A stretch of DNA of 62,059 bases, the filler included, from Sphacelaria rigidula (taxonomy: Eukaryota), in the NCBI GenBank assembly GCA_964200075.2. It is 5 parts of 5 records of this genome, joined end to end, with 100 filler letters (N's around TTAATTAATTAA, not from the genome) between each part and the next. Parts side by side here need not be neighbours in the genome. Positions count along the whole stretch, not along the records: positions 24,871 to 37,203 come from CAXNAA020003882.1; positions 37,304 to 49,634 come from CAXNAA020003883.1; 3 more parts are not named here. One strand, written 5' to 3'. The notes under the pieces are model-generated. The model worked only from the letters and a program-made list of their open reading frames with translations, was not told where the DNA came from and ran no database searches. Both the position numbers and the translations under genes were made by a program. Shown piece after piece: positions 36,276 through 49,549 of this stretch (positions within the stretch are counted from its first letter, which is position 1; the number at the start of each line of letters is the position of its first letter).

Positions 36276-36698
36276 CATAGATGAGGTATCGTGACGAGCG
36301 TAACCCCGGTATTTGCCGGGGTATTTCATACCGTGGTATGGGTGGGTATCGTAGGTATGAGTTTTGAAAATACCTGATTAAACGGGTACGGTAAGTAATG
36401 AAATCTTGAAATACCATGGTGTCGTAGGTGCCGTAGGTATGAGTGTTGAAAATACTCGATTGAGCGGGTACGGTAGGTACTGTTATCTCGATACTGTGGT
36501 ATCGTAGGTATCGTAGGTGTGACATTGAAAAAAATACCCGATTGGGCAAGTACGGTAGGTACTGGTATCTCGAAAAGCCGTGGTATCGTGGGTATCGTAG
36601 GTATTAATATTACATTTCAAAATACCCGATCGGATCGGTATCGGTAGGGTATGAGATGTCCCAAATACCAGTATCGGGTGCCTGCCTTACCGTCTATA
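36276..36698. mobile_element. MITE-like element with internal GGTATCGTAGGTAT tandem repeats
   Basis: Imperfect termini CATAGATGAGGTA / TACCGTCTATA. Repeated units GGTATCGTAGGTAT...GAAAATACC...GGTACGGTAGGTAC. Confidence 0.5.
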
Positions 36699-36741
36699 TC
36701 GATTTCAAAACTGTCATTCAGCAGTGCGGAGAAGCGTTTCA

Positions 36742-37203
36742 GGGCGTGTCTTAGCACTTTTTTTTCGATCGAAAAAATGGGGCGGTAGAATTGATTGAGC
36801 GAAAATCGCTCCTTTTTGTCGAGTCGAGTCCAAGCGAAATTTCAAGCTTTCGACAAAAAAAAGGCAGGTAAGTTCGTGAAACGGTACATGGTTAGTCGTG
36901 TACAGTACAGCCAGTCAGTACCGTCTGCACTGCTTGCAAGCAGTGTGTCTTGAGTGCGTGAGTGTCGTATAGTAGGATTATGAAGAGAAGCGGGCAACGT
37001 GCAGTGCAGACAGCCCAGGAATAGCAGTTCTCTGCTTACAGTGCGACATGAAAAGGGCTTGGACAACGTGCAGCTTTGTACTGCCTGCACTATCCATGAG
37101 CGTGTACGCAACTCGGTTGCCCACCGTACCACGCAGTTCCGTCGCTGATTCTACCACGAACGAAGATGCGCAAGTTTTCGCCAACAAAAAATAAACAAAG
37201 CAT
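36742..37203 (-). mobile_element. Inverted copy of the about 700 bp Harbinger-type element, truncated by the assembly gap
   Basis: Starts GGGCGTGTCTTAGCAC. Reverse complement of about 8500-8846, including the longer internal segment seen in the 6690-7507 copy. Confidence 0.8.
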
Positions 37204-38068
37204 NNNNNNNNNNNNNNNNNNNNNNNNNNNNNNNNNNNNNNNNNNNNTTAATTAATTAANNNNNNNNNNNNNNNNNNNNNNNNNNNNNNNNNNNNNNNNN
37301 NNNAAGGAGAAAGGACGCCCCCTCCCCGTCCCGCACAGATTACAAGCGCCCCTTGTTTTACAGCAGCCCCCCCCCTCTCTAGATCCCCCCCCCCCCCCCC
37401 CTGTGATAAGTTGTGACTGATTCATTTTTATTTTTCCACGAAACGTCTCAAACTACACCGGAGAAGCTAATCCCGTCGAGCTCACACATACGTCGAGATA
37501 TGTTTTCTAGACTACAGGTGATGGTGCTAGCTGTACATGTACACCTGGTGTGAGCTGAAATGTAAATAAAGCACAAACAAAAAGGTGAATGAAGCACGAT
37601 ATCCGGGTCCCCTACCTCTCCTCCCAGCACCGGCGTCACAACGTTCACTCATCCATACACCGCCCTACCCAATCCCAAGAACCATCCAACGGCAACACAC
37701 CAGATAAGCTGGACCGTTCCTACGAGCGCCGCCGGCATCCATCACGGAGACGCTCTCCAAAATCTCCCCCGTCTACACGCGAAACTTTTCGGTTGGTTGC
37801 CCAGCGCGCCGGGGTGGCTCATCACGATCTAATTGCAAACCGACCATCCCCCGCCCGCTGCGCCGCGTCCCCTTCAAACCAAGCACCATCACCGAGAGGA
37901 GCTGCGGGCACTCCTCACTTCTTCCGGCGCACGCCAATCAAATCCGTCGGACCAGCTGCGACACTGAAACCCGCCTCCACGCCGCGTCCCCGCCGCTCCC
38001 CCCGCCACATCACGCAGAGCGAGATGACGGAGGTATGCTGAGCGGCAGATACACGCATCATGTCACCA

Positions 38069-41000
38069 TCAGGTCGAGAAGGCGCCACCTCCCGTTACGC
38101 TTGCCACCGCTGCCGCCGCCGCCGCCCCGGCTGCCGCCTCCGCAACGCCCTGCCGCGCCGGGCGAATCGGAGCGGCGCTCTTAGCGCCGCTATCGCCGGC
38201 AGCGGTGACGGGCATGGCAGCGGTCCGGGAGGCGATGGCACCATGGCCAGCCGCTTGGCGCAGGGGTCTTCTGTTCCTCGATCGGACGGCACGGAGCCAC
38301 GGGTGGGCCAACATCTGACGCGCGGACGGGCGATCTTCGGGATCCTTGGCGAGCAGGCGACGTACAAGGTCTTTGCCCTCTGGAGACACGTGCCGAATTC
38401 CTCGGCTCTGGATCGGATTAGGTGGGACGTTTTTGAAGGAAGCAGGGTGCAGGGGGAGGCGGGAGGCGGGAGGCGGGAGGGAGCGGACCGACGTGCAGAT
38501 ATTGTGAGAAACGTGCAGATGATCTACGACCGACGGCAGACAAATAGTGGTAGATGGCGTCGAGTAGAGGGCCATGTAGTGTGGAATTGGGGGTGAAATG
38601 GAGCTTTCTGGACAGGCGTATGTAGGTGCCTTCAGGGGGATACAAGCAGAGCATGAGGCACGGGGGTCACACGTGCAGCGGGAAAAAAGGTCCCGTAAGT
38701 GCCCCCGCGGTTCACTACGAGTTCGAAAATCAACCGCAAGTGGATCGAGCTACTGCCCTCTAAACACTCCCTCTTCGTGCAGGATGGGGATTATCACAGG
38801 AAATTTTGATGGAACAAGGTGGTGTTTTTCATTACAAATGTACACCAAGAACACACTCGGCATCAACCCCACTAGTAAAAGCAGTTGAGACAAAAGAATT
38901 GAACCCAACAAGAGTTCAAATCACAATATGAAACAACTCTGCCCTTCCCTCCCTTGACACCTCCCATCTCTCCCGAATAAAAAAACGGACGGTCCTTACC
39001 CGCAAGTCAGGCTCCTCGTGGGTTACCCTGTACGCCACCTCCTCCTCCGACATATCCACGTCCGTGTCGAAAGGGTGCCTTCCGGTCAGCAGCACCCACA
39101 TCACCACACCAAGGGCCCACATGTCCACCTTTTCGTCCACATCCTGGCAAGCCAACACCTCCGGGGCGCTGTAGGCAACAGTGCAGTCCTTGGCGCCGGA
39201 GAGCGGTCGATGCTGACGGAAGGCAGATCCGAAGTCGGCGAGTCGAACCTCTGGTACGCAGTCGTCTCCCACGGCTATCGAGGGGAGAGCGGAGTGGGGC
39301 AGGGCGCGGAGGGGGGGAGGTAGAGAAAAGAGAAATCGGTACTTGCACGAATAGTCCGATCCGCAGGAGCATATATCGCAGAAAATCAATGCCTGGCTGA
39401 TGCGATGTTGCAAGTGACTTGAGATATCATCATAACCTCGGCATAATATCTTGGAACCGTGTGCGAGTGTCACGTTAATACTCCGAATCCGTGAGCCTTG
39501 AGGGTAAATATATAGAAAACGAAGAATATCCGACGGTTCCAGCTTCACCCGAGAAAAAACACCCGACATAACAAGCGATGATTGGCAACAATAACAGACA
39601 AGAAAATCTCGGCGCTTCCACCTTGCCCTCCCTCTGTACACACCAGCACAGGACAGTTGCACAGCAACAACAACAACCACCACAACAACAAACCACCTAG
39701 CATGACATTATAACTTATCACGCACCTAGCATGATGTTCTCCGGCTTGAGGTCGAAGTGTACGATTCCGTTGTTGTGCAGATAGCCTACGGCCTCAGCTA
39801 CTTCCGCCATGATCCGGGCAGCCTGGCCCTCCGAATAGCGTCCCTATTCATGGGAGAAAGAAAAAAAATGAAGACAAGGCAGATGACAACTTACATGTAG
39901 GGCGCCCAGAATGGAACCAAGATTCGAAATGCATTTCTTCCCTCATGTCAAACTTTTGACGCCCCCCTCCCCTCCCGCCCACTGTCGGAACGAGCTCGTA
40001 GTGTCCAAGGATCAATGCATGTAACTCTGCAACGTAATCGGGTCGGGGAGGGGGGGGGGTGAAGCTCCCCTGCGATCGCTACCGCTTCCGTGCCATCTGC
40101 GGTGAAGACACGCGTTCGTGTTGCGGTGTTGCGGTGGAAGTAGCCACCAGAAAGATTATGGATGTGGTCATGACACGCGCGTCTCGCTTGCGCCCCGCTT
40201 GCCCGCTACTCGTTGCCATTTCCACATCATGACGATGCCCCAATAAAACTCACAAGACACAATCTTCCTCCAGTTTTCTTTTTTTTTCTTCTTCCAAGCA
40301 GAATCTGGTTAGCATCGTTCCAACCGCGAATACGTACGTACGTGGGAAGCGAAGAAAAATCTGACGGATAGTTAAAGCCGGGCGCACATCCTTCAACAAG
40401 TCTTCGATGACACAAAATGCCACGCGTGTACCGCGTGACACATGGCTGTATCCAGCGATACGACAGCCTCGTCCCAAGGGAGGCAAGAGATTTGAAAGTA
40501 TAACAGAAACAGACTACTGCGGTAATTCATTCGAGGACATCTCAGTGGCGCGCGATGTTCAGATTTAGCGCTCAAACGTTTTCGCGGAACACATGGCAAC
40601 ACACTATATGGCTAGGGAGAGAGAGGAGGGTAGATGACTTGCGTGGGAAGCAGAGCTTTTGGGGGGGTATACCAATGATCATGCACGCCGTAGTCACATT
40701 CACATGAGCATTGGCCTCGCATCTCTACAAAGCCGGGATGGCGCACGCCGGGTTTTCGCCGGAGCAGCCTCGCACTCGATCACCACGCGCGAAACAGCTT
40801 TCGGGGTCGGGAGGACTGACCTTGTCGGCAAGACGGTGGTATAGCTCCCCCCCCTGGCACAGATCCATCACGATGTAATACGCCTCCTTATCTTCGAAGA
40901 ACGCCTGCATAGTCACCACGTTTGGGTGAGCTCCGGCCAGCTTCAGCATGTTCACCTCCTCTAGCACCTTCCAGGATGCAAACACACACGTGCGCGCAGC

Positions 41001-44000
41001 ACATACAGGCGGACAGGGCGCAACATATGTCATTCTCTGTACTCTTGGTATACTTTTTGTATTCCCATGTCAACCCCAGTGTCCTTCTCGCCTCTACTCT
41101 GAAAAAAACGCAACTTACTGCGCCCGCATCATACTGTACCGCTACAGCACTTTCTGTTGACCAAACCGTTGTCTCGTACAGGCTGGTTCAAGCATAAGAC
41201 CCGAAAAACACTCATCGGCAACACTCCACGCCGTGTTAGGGAGTTAGACCCTGAAATTTGCAAAAATGTGCCACGGGTCATTACGCGACTTTCAAAGGTC
41301 GAGTTTTTTTCTCGAGTTTTTCCGCCGTTTTTCGGGGAAACTTCGATCCAGTTGGACCCCCGTGAAACGGTAAAAAATGATGAAAAAAACTCATCCATCC
41401 AAAAAGTTGCACAGTGACTTATTAATGGAGCACAGTTGTGTGAAATTACAGGACCGCATTAGCCTAGAACAAAAACCCGTCATGTCCCCCTCTTCGTCTG
41501 TCCATTGCGGTCAGGATGGTACCATGTATGAGACTATTGGGTACGTATTGCGGAAGGCATTTGCTGATGTCACAATTTTAGGTCTCATCCGTGAACCAGC
41601 CTGTAGTTGAGTATCAATCGGCGAGGAAGCTGCGTGTTGACACATATGGCGGGGTGGAGCGCTTGCATGGTTCCCTCGCACCAGCAGCTGACAAAACAGA
41701 GGTTGCAGCTTCAACTTTTCAGTGCCGGTTGACAGCTCTGGCAGACATCACACGAGCTCTTCGACTTGAAATCTTTTGGTTGGTTGATTGATTATCGCGC
41801 CCTAACTAATCCCGAGGTGATTTAGGCATGGTCATTATCCGCATGATAGACGTACCCGTGGTGAAAACAAAATGGCAACACCTGCTGGAGAAAAGTGATG
41901 AAAACGGAATTGTACAACAGACAAAATTAAAAAAGCACCCACACACACACAGACGAGAAAAAAGGCAACTAGACATGGCTTGCCACATACATGGCTCCGG
42001 TGGAAATGGTCAAGGGTCTTGTGCAAAACTCACCCTCACACCCACTCGTGAGAAAATAAACGCCGTGGGAGTAGATTGAACCTCATCTATTTCGACCTCA
42101 CCATCTCGAGTATAGAGCTTTCATCCATGAGCCCTAAGGAGGCGAGGTACCAAACTGCTACGTGCACATGGTGAGCACGCATTTCACGCTACACGGCCGT
42201 GTGGTTGCCGTCCAAACCCGAACGGGAATCAGGACTGGGCCCCGGACTCGAATCCAAGGCAAACCTAAAACCCATTGCGCAAGGGGGGAGCGGATGCCCT
42301 CCTAATAAATGAGGCTTGGGTACGGACACAGGCACCGACTCACTTAAGAAGCGTGTGCTGCGCACGCTTGCGATAGCGCTTCAGGGACTGTCGCTCCCCT
42401 ATGGATTCAGCGTGCCAGTTTCGACATGCTGGCGGGCCCTTCAGGAGACACACACACATATCCACACGTCATTTTCAAACACCACACAGTTGGACCGAGT
42501 CCGTAGCCACCTCCCACCGCTAGAACATTACTGATATCAGGGTCTGTACGGGTGAGTTGTCAACGTCGGATTCGGATGCCAACCCTTTAGGGACCGGACT
42601 CCCAGGAACATGGTGTTTGAACGCAGCGGCCTTTTGGTGAATCGGCATTATTTTCGGTCGTTTTCAAGTAAAAATGATGATTCACAAAAAAAACGCTGCG
42701 CGCAAACACCATGTTTCGGGGAGTTCGGTCCCCAAAGGGTGCATGAGCAGATTGACAGTGCCCGATACTCGCTAGGGTGCGCGGATCGCCCCCTTACCGA
42801 CATCGGCGCCTGCCGGTGTACGCTTCCCCCGCACCTACCCTCCTGTCCAAGGAATTTCGATCTGCCTGGGCTAGGTGTGTCACGCGGAGGGGGCTAGGGT
42901 GCGCAGAACGCCTACTTACCAAGATCGGCGCCTGCCGATGTACGCTTCCCCTGTACCTGCCCTCGTGTCCAAGGAATTTCGACCTGCCTGGGCTACGTGC
43001 GTCAGACGGAGTGGGGCTTTATCCTGCTTCCACTTGTCAGCATAATTGTCATTCATGGTTTGGATTGACTTTACCCCCGGTTTCGGCGGACGATGCACGA
43101 TATTTTTCAGAGAGCATCCACATACTCCATGTAATAGTGGTTCAGGTGATCCAGGGGCTCCATGCATAGTGTCACCTCGGCGCGCAAGCGGTACGCCATG
43201 AGCTACCTGGAAAAATCCAGCTCATCACACAACAAGCATGTCCCCTTGGGTGCGCTGGACGGATCGCATGCCCACCGCTAAACTGACTGTAGAACAGATT
43301 GTGAATGAACCGGCGACCTCCAGCGACATGCAGTGTAACATGCACGCGCCAGCGATGTCTGCCCTGCTCTGGGGTTCAGCACAGCACAGCACAGCACAGT
43401 ATAGCACAAGACAGCGCAGCACAGCAAAACACAGCACAGCACAGGATAGCACGGTACTACACCGTGGTTGGGTATGACGAGACAGTCCACCTCCCCCGTT
43501 CACCGCGGACAGTTCTTGTTTTCACAAATTCCCAAGTCATGCTCGTACACGTGCCACAGGCAGCACGTACCAGATATGCCGCTACAGGTACGGTACAGAC
43601 AGTACCGTCTGTGTACATGTCACGGCATCTATTGACTGCTCACCTGCATGGTTTCTACTTAGTTTACCCTTTTGTTCCCCCCCCCCCCAACATTTCTCTT
43701 TCTCGAGCAAGCCTCTCCTTTCTGTTCCACTTTTCCTTTATAAGTCTTCTGTATATATACTCTTGTAATATTATGTTCTACTGGTACGGTTTATGTTTTT
43801 TTACCCTGTTCTTCGGCGGGCGTTTCAAGGTTTGCTCCTGTCTCGGGTATGTCTATCATGTGACCATGGCGAGATTCCCAGGGGATGGCTTACAGTGCGA
43901 CAATCACTCAGTCTCCTCGAGTACACCCGTCTGTTCGACTACGGCTACGTCGGTCGCTGGTCAGTTGATGTTCAACAATCGGTTGACCAATACGTACGAG

Positions 44001-46694
44001 ACCAAGATTGCAAGTTGAACGTTCGATTGAGGTTCAACCAAGTTGTGCCAGCTGATCGTACAAACGTGAAACGGCGCTATACCCCCAGCAGGTGGCCAGG
44101 CGTAAGCAACTCGAAGCTTTCAGCCTTCCCCGCTTGATGTTCAGCTGCAACTTCTCCTTTCAACCACGGGATCACGCACTGGTCAACACTGACACTGAGC
44201 TCGTACGGCAAAGGTATGCTACTGGCTGTACCACCGTCATTGTGCTCCAAGCCAGATTTGTCAGATAAACTTGTGCAGACACAACAGTGCACGCACCGGA
44301 GGCACGTGCCTCTCGGCCAGAATTTCGACTCATGAAGCCAGTCTTTCTTTGTGCCTCCTATGGTGGCTTTACAACGGCAGAATTATTTCTACACAAATGA
44401 GTACCCGGCAGAACTTTCTTGGAAAAGCGAACGGGAAAGGAATACTGGAACAGACAGGTGTACTGTACTGTTACAGTTTACACCAGCACCCGGGGTCCCC
44501 CAGCGCACACCGCACCAGACGTATCGAAATCAAGACGCTCACACGTCCACGGAGCCATTGGCAAAGCAAGGGACCTCACTAATTTTTGAAGCCTGCTATG
44601 AAGTGACTGTGGGCGATCGGATCATCGGGCATCCCGCTCGCAGCCTATATTTTTACATAATAATCAACGGCAAAAACCACTAAAAATATTATACTACTAT
44701 TCTTGGGGTCTACACATGTCAATCCGGATATGTTATCGAGCTGAACCGAGGGAACACTTGAGAATCTTGAACTCTTACTTCCACTCTCTGCACTGACTGC
44801 ACTGCCGGCATTGTACTATTCTGTGCAGCTTTGTGATACACGTCGCTGTATATGTGCGGGCAAGCAATGTACACCTCGCTGAAACACCGATACAGCTCTC
44901 GAATAGCTGTACGCAAAATGCCGATGACACGTCAGTTGTCCCTGATTCATACAGAAAATAGAGAACAGTACAGCGGCAACGTCTGCACTGTACTGTACCC
45001 CTGCACGATATGCATCCTGTTTATTGAGGAAGTTAGGTAACCTACAGAACGAAACATTACAGTGACTCAACTCTGTAGTACAGTGTGGCGCAAATGAGCC
45101 AAGAACGACAAGGCACATCTAACTGCATATGCGTACGTGTGGGGGGAAACGGAGACAACGTGACGTAGGGTTGATCAAACTTACGGTCCCTTACTGCAGA
45201 CTCGACGTAATCCAGGTGGCTATTAGCTCGCGGCTGCGCTATTCATTTGCTACAGACGGTACGACATAAGTTTTAGTGCAAATCGACGAAGCGCATTCTG
45301 TTGGGATGAGGTTCAAAGTGTAACGCTAAAATATACCCATGCTGGAAGTGCAACACTGCAGCGGAGTTGCTTATCCGAAATGAAACGCGATAGATGGTAC
45401 AGTCGAACGCAGATGCGTCACGCAGATTCCCAGCGAGGAGTCAAGGCTGGACACTAGAGTAACTCCACCACACGATAGAACCCTCTAACGGGATATATAC
45501 ACGGTATACATAAACTCGTGTTTCAGCAGCATCACACTACCACAACGTCTCGACACATCAAAAAGGGATTACTCTGAACCGGCTCTAGAGATAGTGACCG
45601 AAGTACAGTATCAGAACACGGATTAACCTCACCTCTCGACGACTGCTGACTGCTCTCGATATCCTTTTCACCGCCACAACCTGCCCCGTGCGCCGGTGCG
45701 TGGCAGACGAAACGGTGCTCCGGTGGCCCCGTCCGACCAACTGCCCCCCGCCCTCAAATCGATAGCAGTCCGTGATGCGTAATTGCTTGGAGGACGGCAA
45801 CAAAGAGGTGTCCGCAATTCCAACCGCCGTCGGAAAGTCGCCAGCCGCCCTCGGCAAGTTAAGTTGCTCGAGACCTAACCCAAGAAACCTCGACGCATCC
45901 CCACTGTTGTCACGTTGGTGGTGGTGGTGGTGGGAAGGACTGTTGGCAACAACCGCTGCTCGTTGCTGTCGTTTATTGTTGTCATCGTTCCTCCGATTGT
46001 CGCAGATAACCCGGCTGCCCGCACCACCGCTGCCGCCGTCGCCGCTGCTACTGCTGCTGTCGCTGCTGCTGTAAGTGTCGCTCACGGTCTCACTGCTCCC
46101 GTACTCCGCGTTATTCTGGATCTTGTTCGCCACCAGGACTTCTTCAACATCGAATGCTTCGCCGGGTACACCCTCCGCCCGATGACACCACACTCTCGAG
46201 CCCGCAACACCGCCATTTTCTTTCCCCGCCTCGTTTTCCCGTTGGGCAGTAGCTATCGCAAATGCCACGGCGGCGGCAGCCGCCGCCCCAACCCTTCTCG
46301 TATCGTCAACCGGTGCCGATGATGCAACGGCACGGGCTCCAGCTCCCTGAACACAGGGGTTCGCGCCAAAACCTCCGCGACAGCGCGGGGGCAGAGTTAC
46401 CGCGCGGACCCTAGTCGCAGATGAAACCGACCTACACCGTGTGAGGCGCGCGTAGTTCTCATCACAAGGTCCCGTCACCGTAGGAGCAGCAGCCGCCGCT
46501 GAAACTGATCCTGATGTGCACTGCGCACTGCTGGGCAGGGGTGTGGCTGACGCAGTGACGACGGTGTTGGTTGGCGCAGAGCCCGTCCGGAGCAGGTTGC
46601 GGACTGCTGGGTCGGCAGAGAGTGTTGGACGAGAGCGGCGTATCACCGCCGCGGCCGTCGTGGTACCCGAAGCTGCTGCTGCCGCCGCTTTCAT
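38069..46694 (-). CDS. CAMK-group Ser/Thr protein kinase with long disordered N-terminus; exons 46694-45633, 40967-40821, 39843-39726, 39274-39000, 38407-38069
   Basis: Subdomains in order: [81 protein letters not shown] junctions have consistent phases 0,0,1,0. The start codon is less certain. Confidence 0.92.
42583..42739. mobile_element. Small MITE with CCCTTT TIRs (piggyBac-like ends, TTAA not preserved)
   Basis: CCCTTTAGGGACCGGACTCCC...GGGAGTTCGGTCCCCAAAGGG. A similar end, TTAACCCTTTTGGGACCG, is at about 11581. Confidence 0.6.
42771..42996. repeat. Imperfect tandem duplication, unit about 122 bp
   Basis: GCTAGGGTGCGC...ATCGGCGCCTGCCG...TCCAAGGAATTTCGA...TGCCTGGGCTA occurs twice. Confidence 0.85.
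43377..43452. repeat. (CACAG)n pentanucleotide repeat
   Basis: Direct reading. A related (TACAG)n tract lies at about 55730-55786. Confidence 0.88.
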
Positions 46695-47338
46695 AACGTG
46701 CTCAGTCGATTGCCCTTGTTGTTTATGTTTCTGTTTTCGTTGTTGTTGCCGTCGTTGTCGCTGCCGCTGTAGTGTTCGTTGTTGATGTTGATGTTTCGGT
46801 GGTCGTCACGGGCAAAATATAAATTTTGTTTTCAATTGGCGCAAGTGGGTGTTGAGGGATGGAATATTGTGAAGCGGGAGGGTGCGGGGGGGGGGGAAAG
46901 CGAAGACCAGACACAGGGAAAAGGAAAGAAAACGATATTAAAAAAAATGGCACCAGGAAAAAGGAGTGTGATGGAAAGAAGAAATACAAGAATTCGTGCC
47001 AAGATATAGCTTTAGTTGGTACTTCTTACAGACTACAGTAATTATACATGGGAACCACAGAGCCACAGGAACCGCTCTGTGTAAATGAGCATGTGTATGG
47101 GACGGAGACACCAGGGAAGTGAGGAGCGCGCATACATCGACGCTGCAGTTGTATCGAATAAGCAATCAACTACTTTAGAGGAGGAGCATGCTCAGCTGAA
47201 CCTTCGTGTCAATCAATTGTTCGGTGTCAAATGTTGGAGAAAATCGCGACCTCCGCGTTGTTTTGCATTATCGGTACGGGTTGGTTTGCTTTATCTTGCA
47301 CTGTCGAATTTCGGTCCATTCCTTTCCGGTTTTCTCCT

Positions 47339-49491
47339 TCAAAAGGACGGGATTGAAACATACAGATACATTATTGACTTATTCAATGGACAGCCAAGCG
47401 TCTCACCAGCAAGCTCAGTACCTCTGCACTCCTTGATTTTAGTATCCTCGCAGTTGCGCTCTCTCTTTTCGTCCTCGTCTTCAGTTATTGGTCGTAGAGG
47501 CGGTGTGTGCCGGGGTGTGTCACGCATCTGTTCGGCTTTTTTCGTCAAATATCATATATGTCATTTTCTAGATACAATGCCCCATTGGGACGGAAAATGA
47601 CGATAGAGGTTGTTTTATCTGGGCGGAAGTACTCTACGATTGTCTCCATACCACAGCTCGTCTCTCCCTTACGCATGGGGGCAGGGATCATTTCGAGCTG
47701 AAAATGGGAGCCCCTAAGGTGAGAGAATGATCATTACCTGAGATAAAATAAGTGTCCACGTGCATATAATTGTGCTCGTGTGTTCTGTCGTCTGTGGTTG
47801 CAATGGATATTTTCAAGTGTTGGTGTAGGATGATGTAGGCGATGTTTATATTTGTTCCTGCCTCATAGCCGCAGGAGGAGGCAATAAGCACCCAAGCAGT
47901 GCTACCTGCTTCCGATCTAGTAGCCCTGGTTGTGTCTCTACGGTGAATCGGCTGCTTTCGTACATTGAAAATTAGTGCTTAGATGCCGGTATTTACCTCT
48001 CCAATGCCAACGTTTGTTCGCGCTACTATTTCCAGTATGATGCGGTCCCTGTGCTCTGCTGCTGTTGTGCGCAATGACTGCACTGGTGACTGACAATAGT
48101 ACAGGCAGTACAAACAGGACTGTGGGTAAAGCTGTTGTGGCGTTTTGCACTCCCGCAGCACCACCGCTGCCTCGCGCATCAGTTCTTCGCGACGGCATTT
48201 GCTGGCTGGCATCATAGTAGGGCACTACTAGGCACCATCCGGTGCATTATATCTGTGTTGTCCATTGACGCCGCTGGCTTTCATTGTGAAAACCACATGC
48301 ATGGCTCTTCTTGGCGTCTAGGATTGCGGGATTATTTGCATTGGCGGTATATCCTATGGTACTGTCCGCAACAGCTTCGTGTGTTGATGCGCAAACCTTC
48401 GTCAGGTGTTCTCGTAGAACAGTGCGGTATTCCCGTGTAGTGCGATACGGTATAGGTTCTATTATTTCCATGTATACCAATACGTAACGTAACCCATATA
48501 AGTCGCAGTTGCCCTCCGCCCCCCCTCCCCCCCCACCCTCCCCCCCCCCCCACCCCCCTACTCTGCTGGGATATCTCGTCCTGACGGTTTGAAACCTCTC
48601 CGTCAACCTCTCAGTCGGCCAAGGGCCCAAAGCGCGCACCGCCGCCGCCTCCTTCGAGATTGGCGCCCTGGTACCCAGCGATTTCGGCCGTGGCAGTGGC
48701 TGTTGCGTTCGGGATTTTGGCCAAAGGTGGGACCCACCGATGTAGTGTCATCATAACTGTGTCGCGCGTTGGTTGGGACGTGGAAGAGGCGGAGCGGCAA
48801 AGAAAAAACATGAGATGGGCAACTGAAATAATATTGGAATTGCGATACCGTCGCATCGGAGCCGCCGCGTTGCCCGTCTCTGCAGTGTTATTGACGATGT
48901 ACATTTTAGCTTTTATGGCTACTCTCTGCGTTTCACCCGCGCTTATCCGTCGGGGTTGTTGTGTATTGTTGCAGACGGAACGAGTTTTTGTAGTGATTAC
49001 GGATATACTCAATTAATGTTGGTGTGCCTAGCTGCCTGCATGCCTGTGTACGCTTGCACCACCCCTCCTTTTTGCGACATCTGACGATATTTAATGTGGG
49101 CCCTCTCTTGCCCCCCATTTTACGAAGCGCAATGAAAGGTGCTGTCATGCAGTCACCCCAAAACTCCTCCTATCGAAAGTACATGCACAGTAAGTACAGC
49201 AGGTGGTTTTGCCGTCGCTGCGTAGGTTAGCCCTGACTTCTCGCAACTTGTGCGTGTGTCTTTTCTTGGAAGCTTGATGTTCGGGCTACATGTCTCTTCA
49301 CTTCTACATGTGCATCACGCACGCTAGCGAGCATGTCTGGTGTATATCCTGGTCTGCAGATCGAGACACGCGATGTTTCATGTCACTTGTAATCATCTTT
49401 GTTGACATGGTACTGAAAAATGCAGTAGTGGTACCGAACATGTACACCAACATTCATGTGAGGACGCACAATTCACCTTTTTCGACCAACC

Positions 49492-49549
<58 letters not shown>

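Noticed and set aside
46694..47339. Fusion of the upstream unknown gene with the kinase into one giant gene
   Set aside because: The upstream model has a plausible terminal exon with a stop at 47339, and the kinase frame has its own ATG. Potential acceptors near 46730-46770 mean it is not fully excluded without RNA data.
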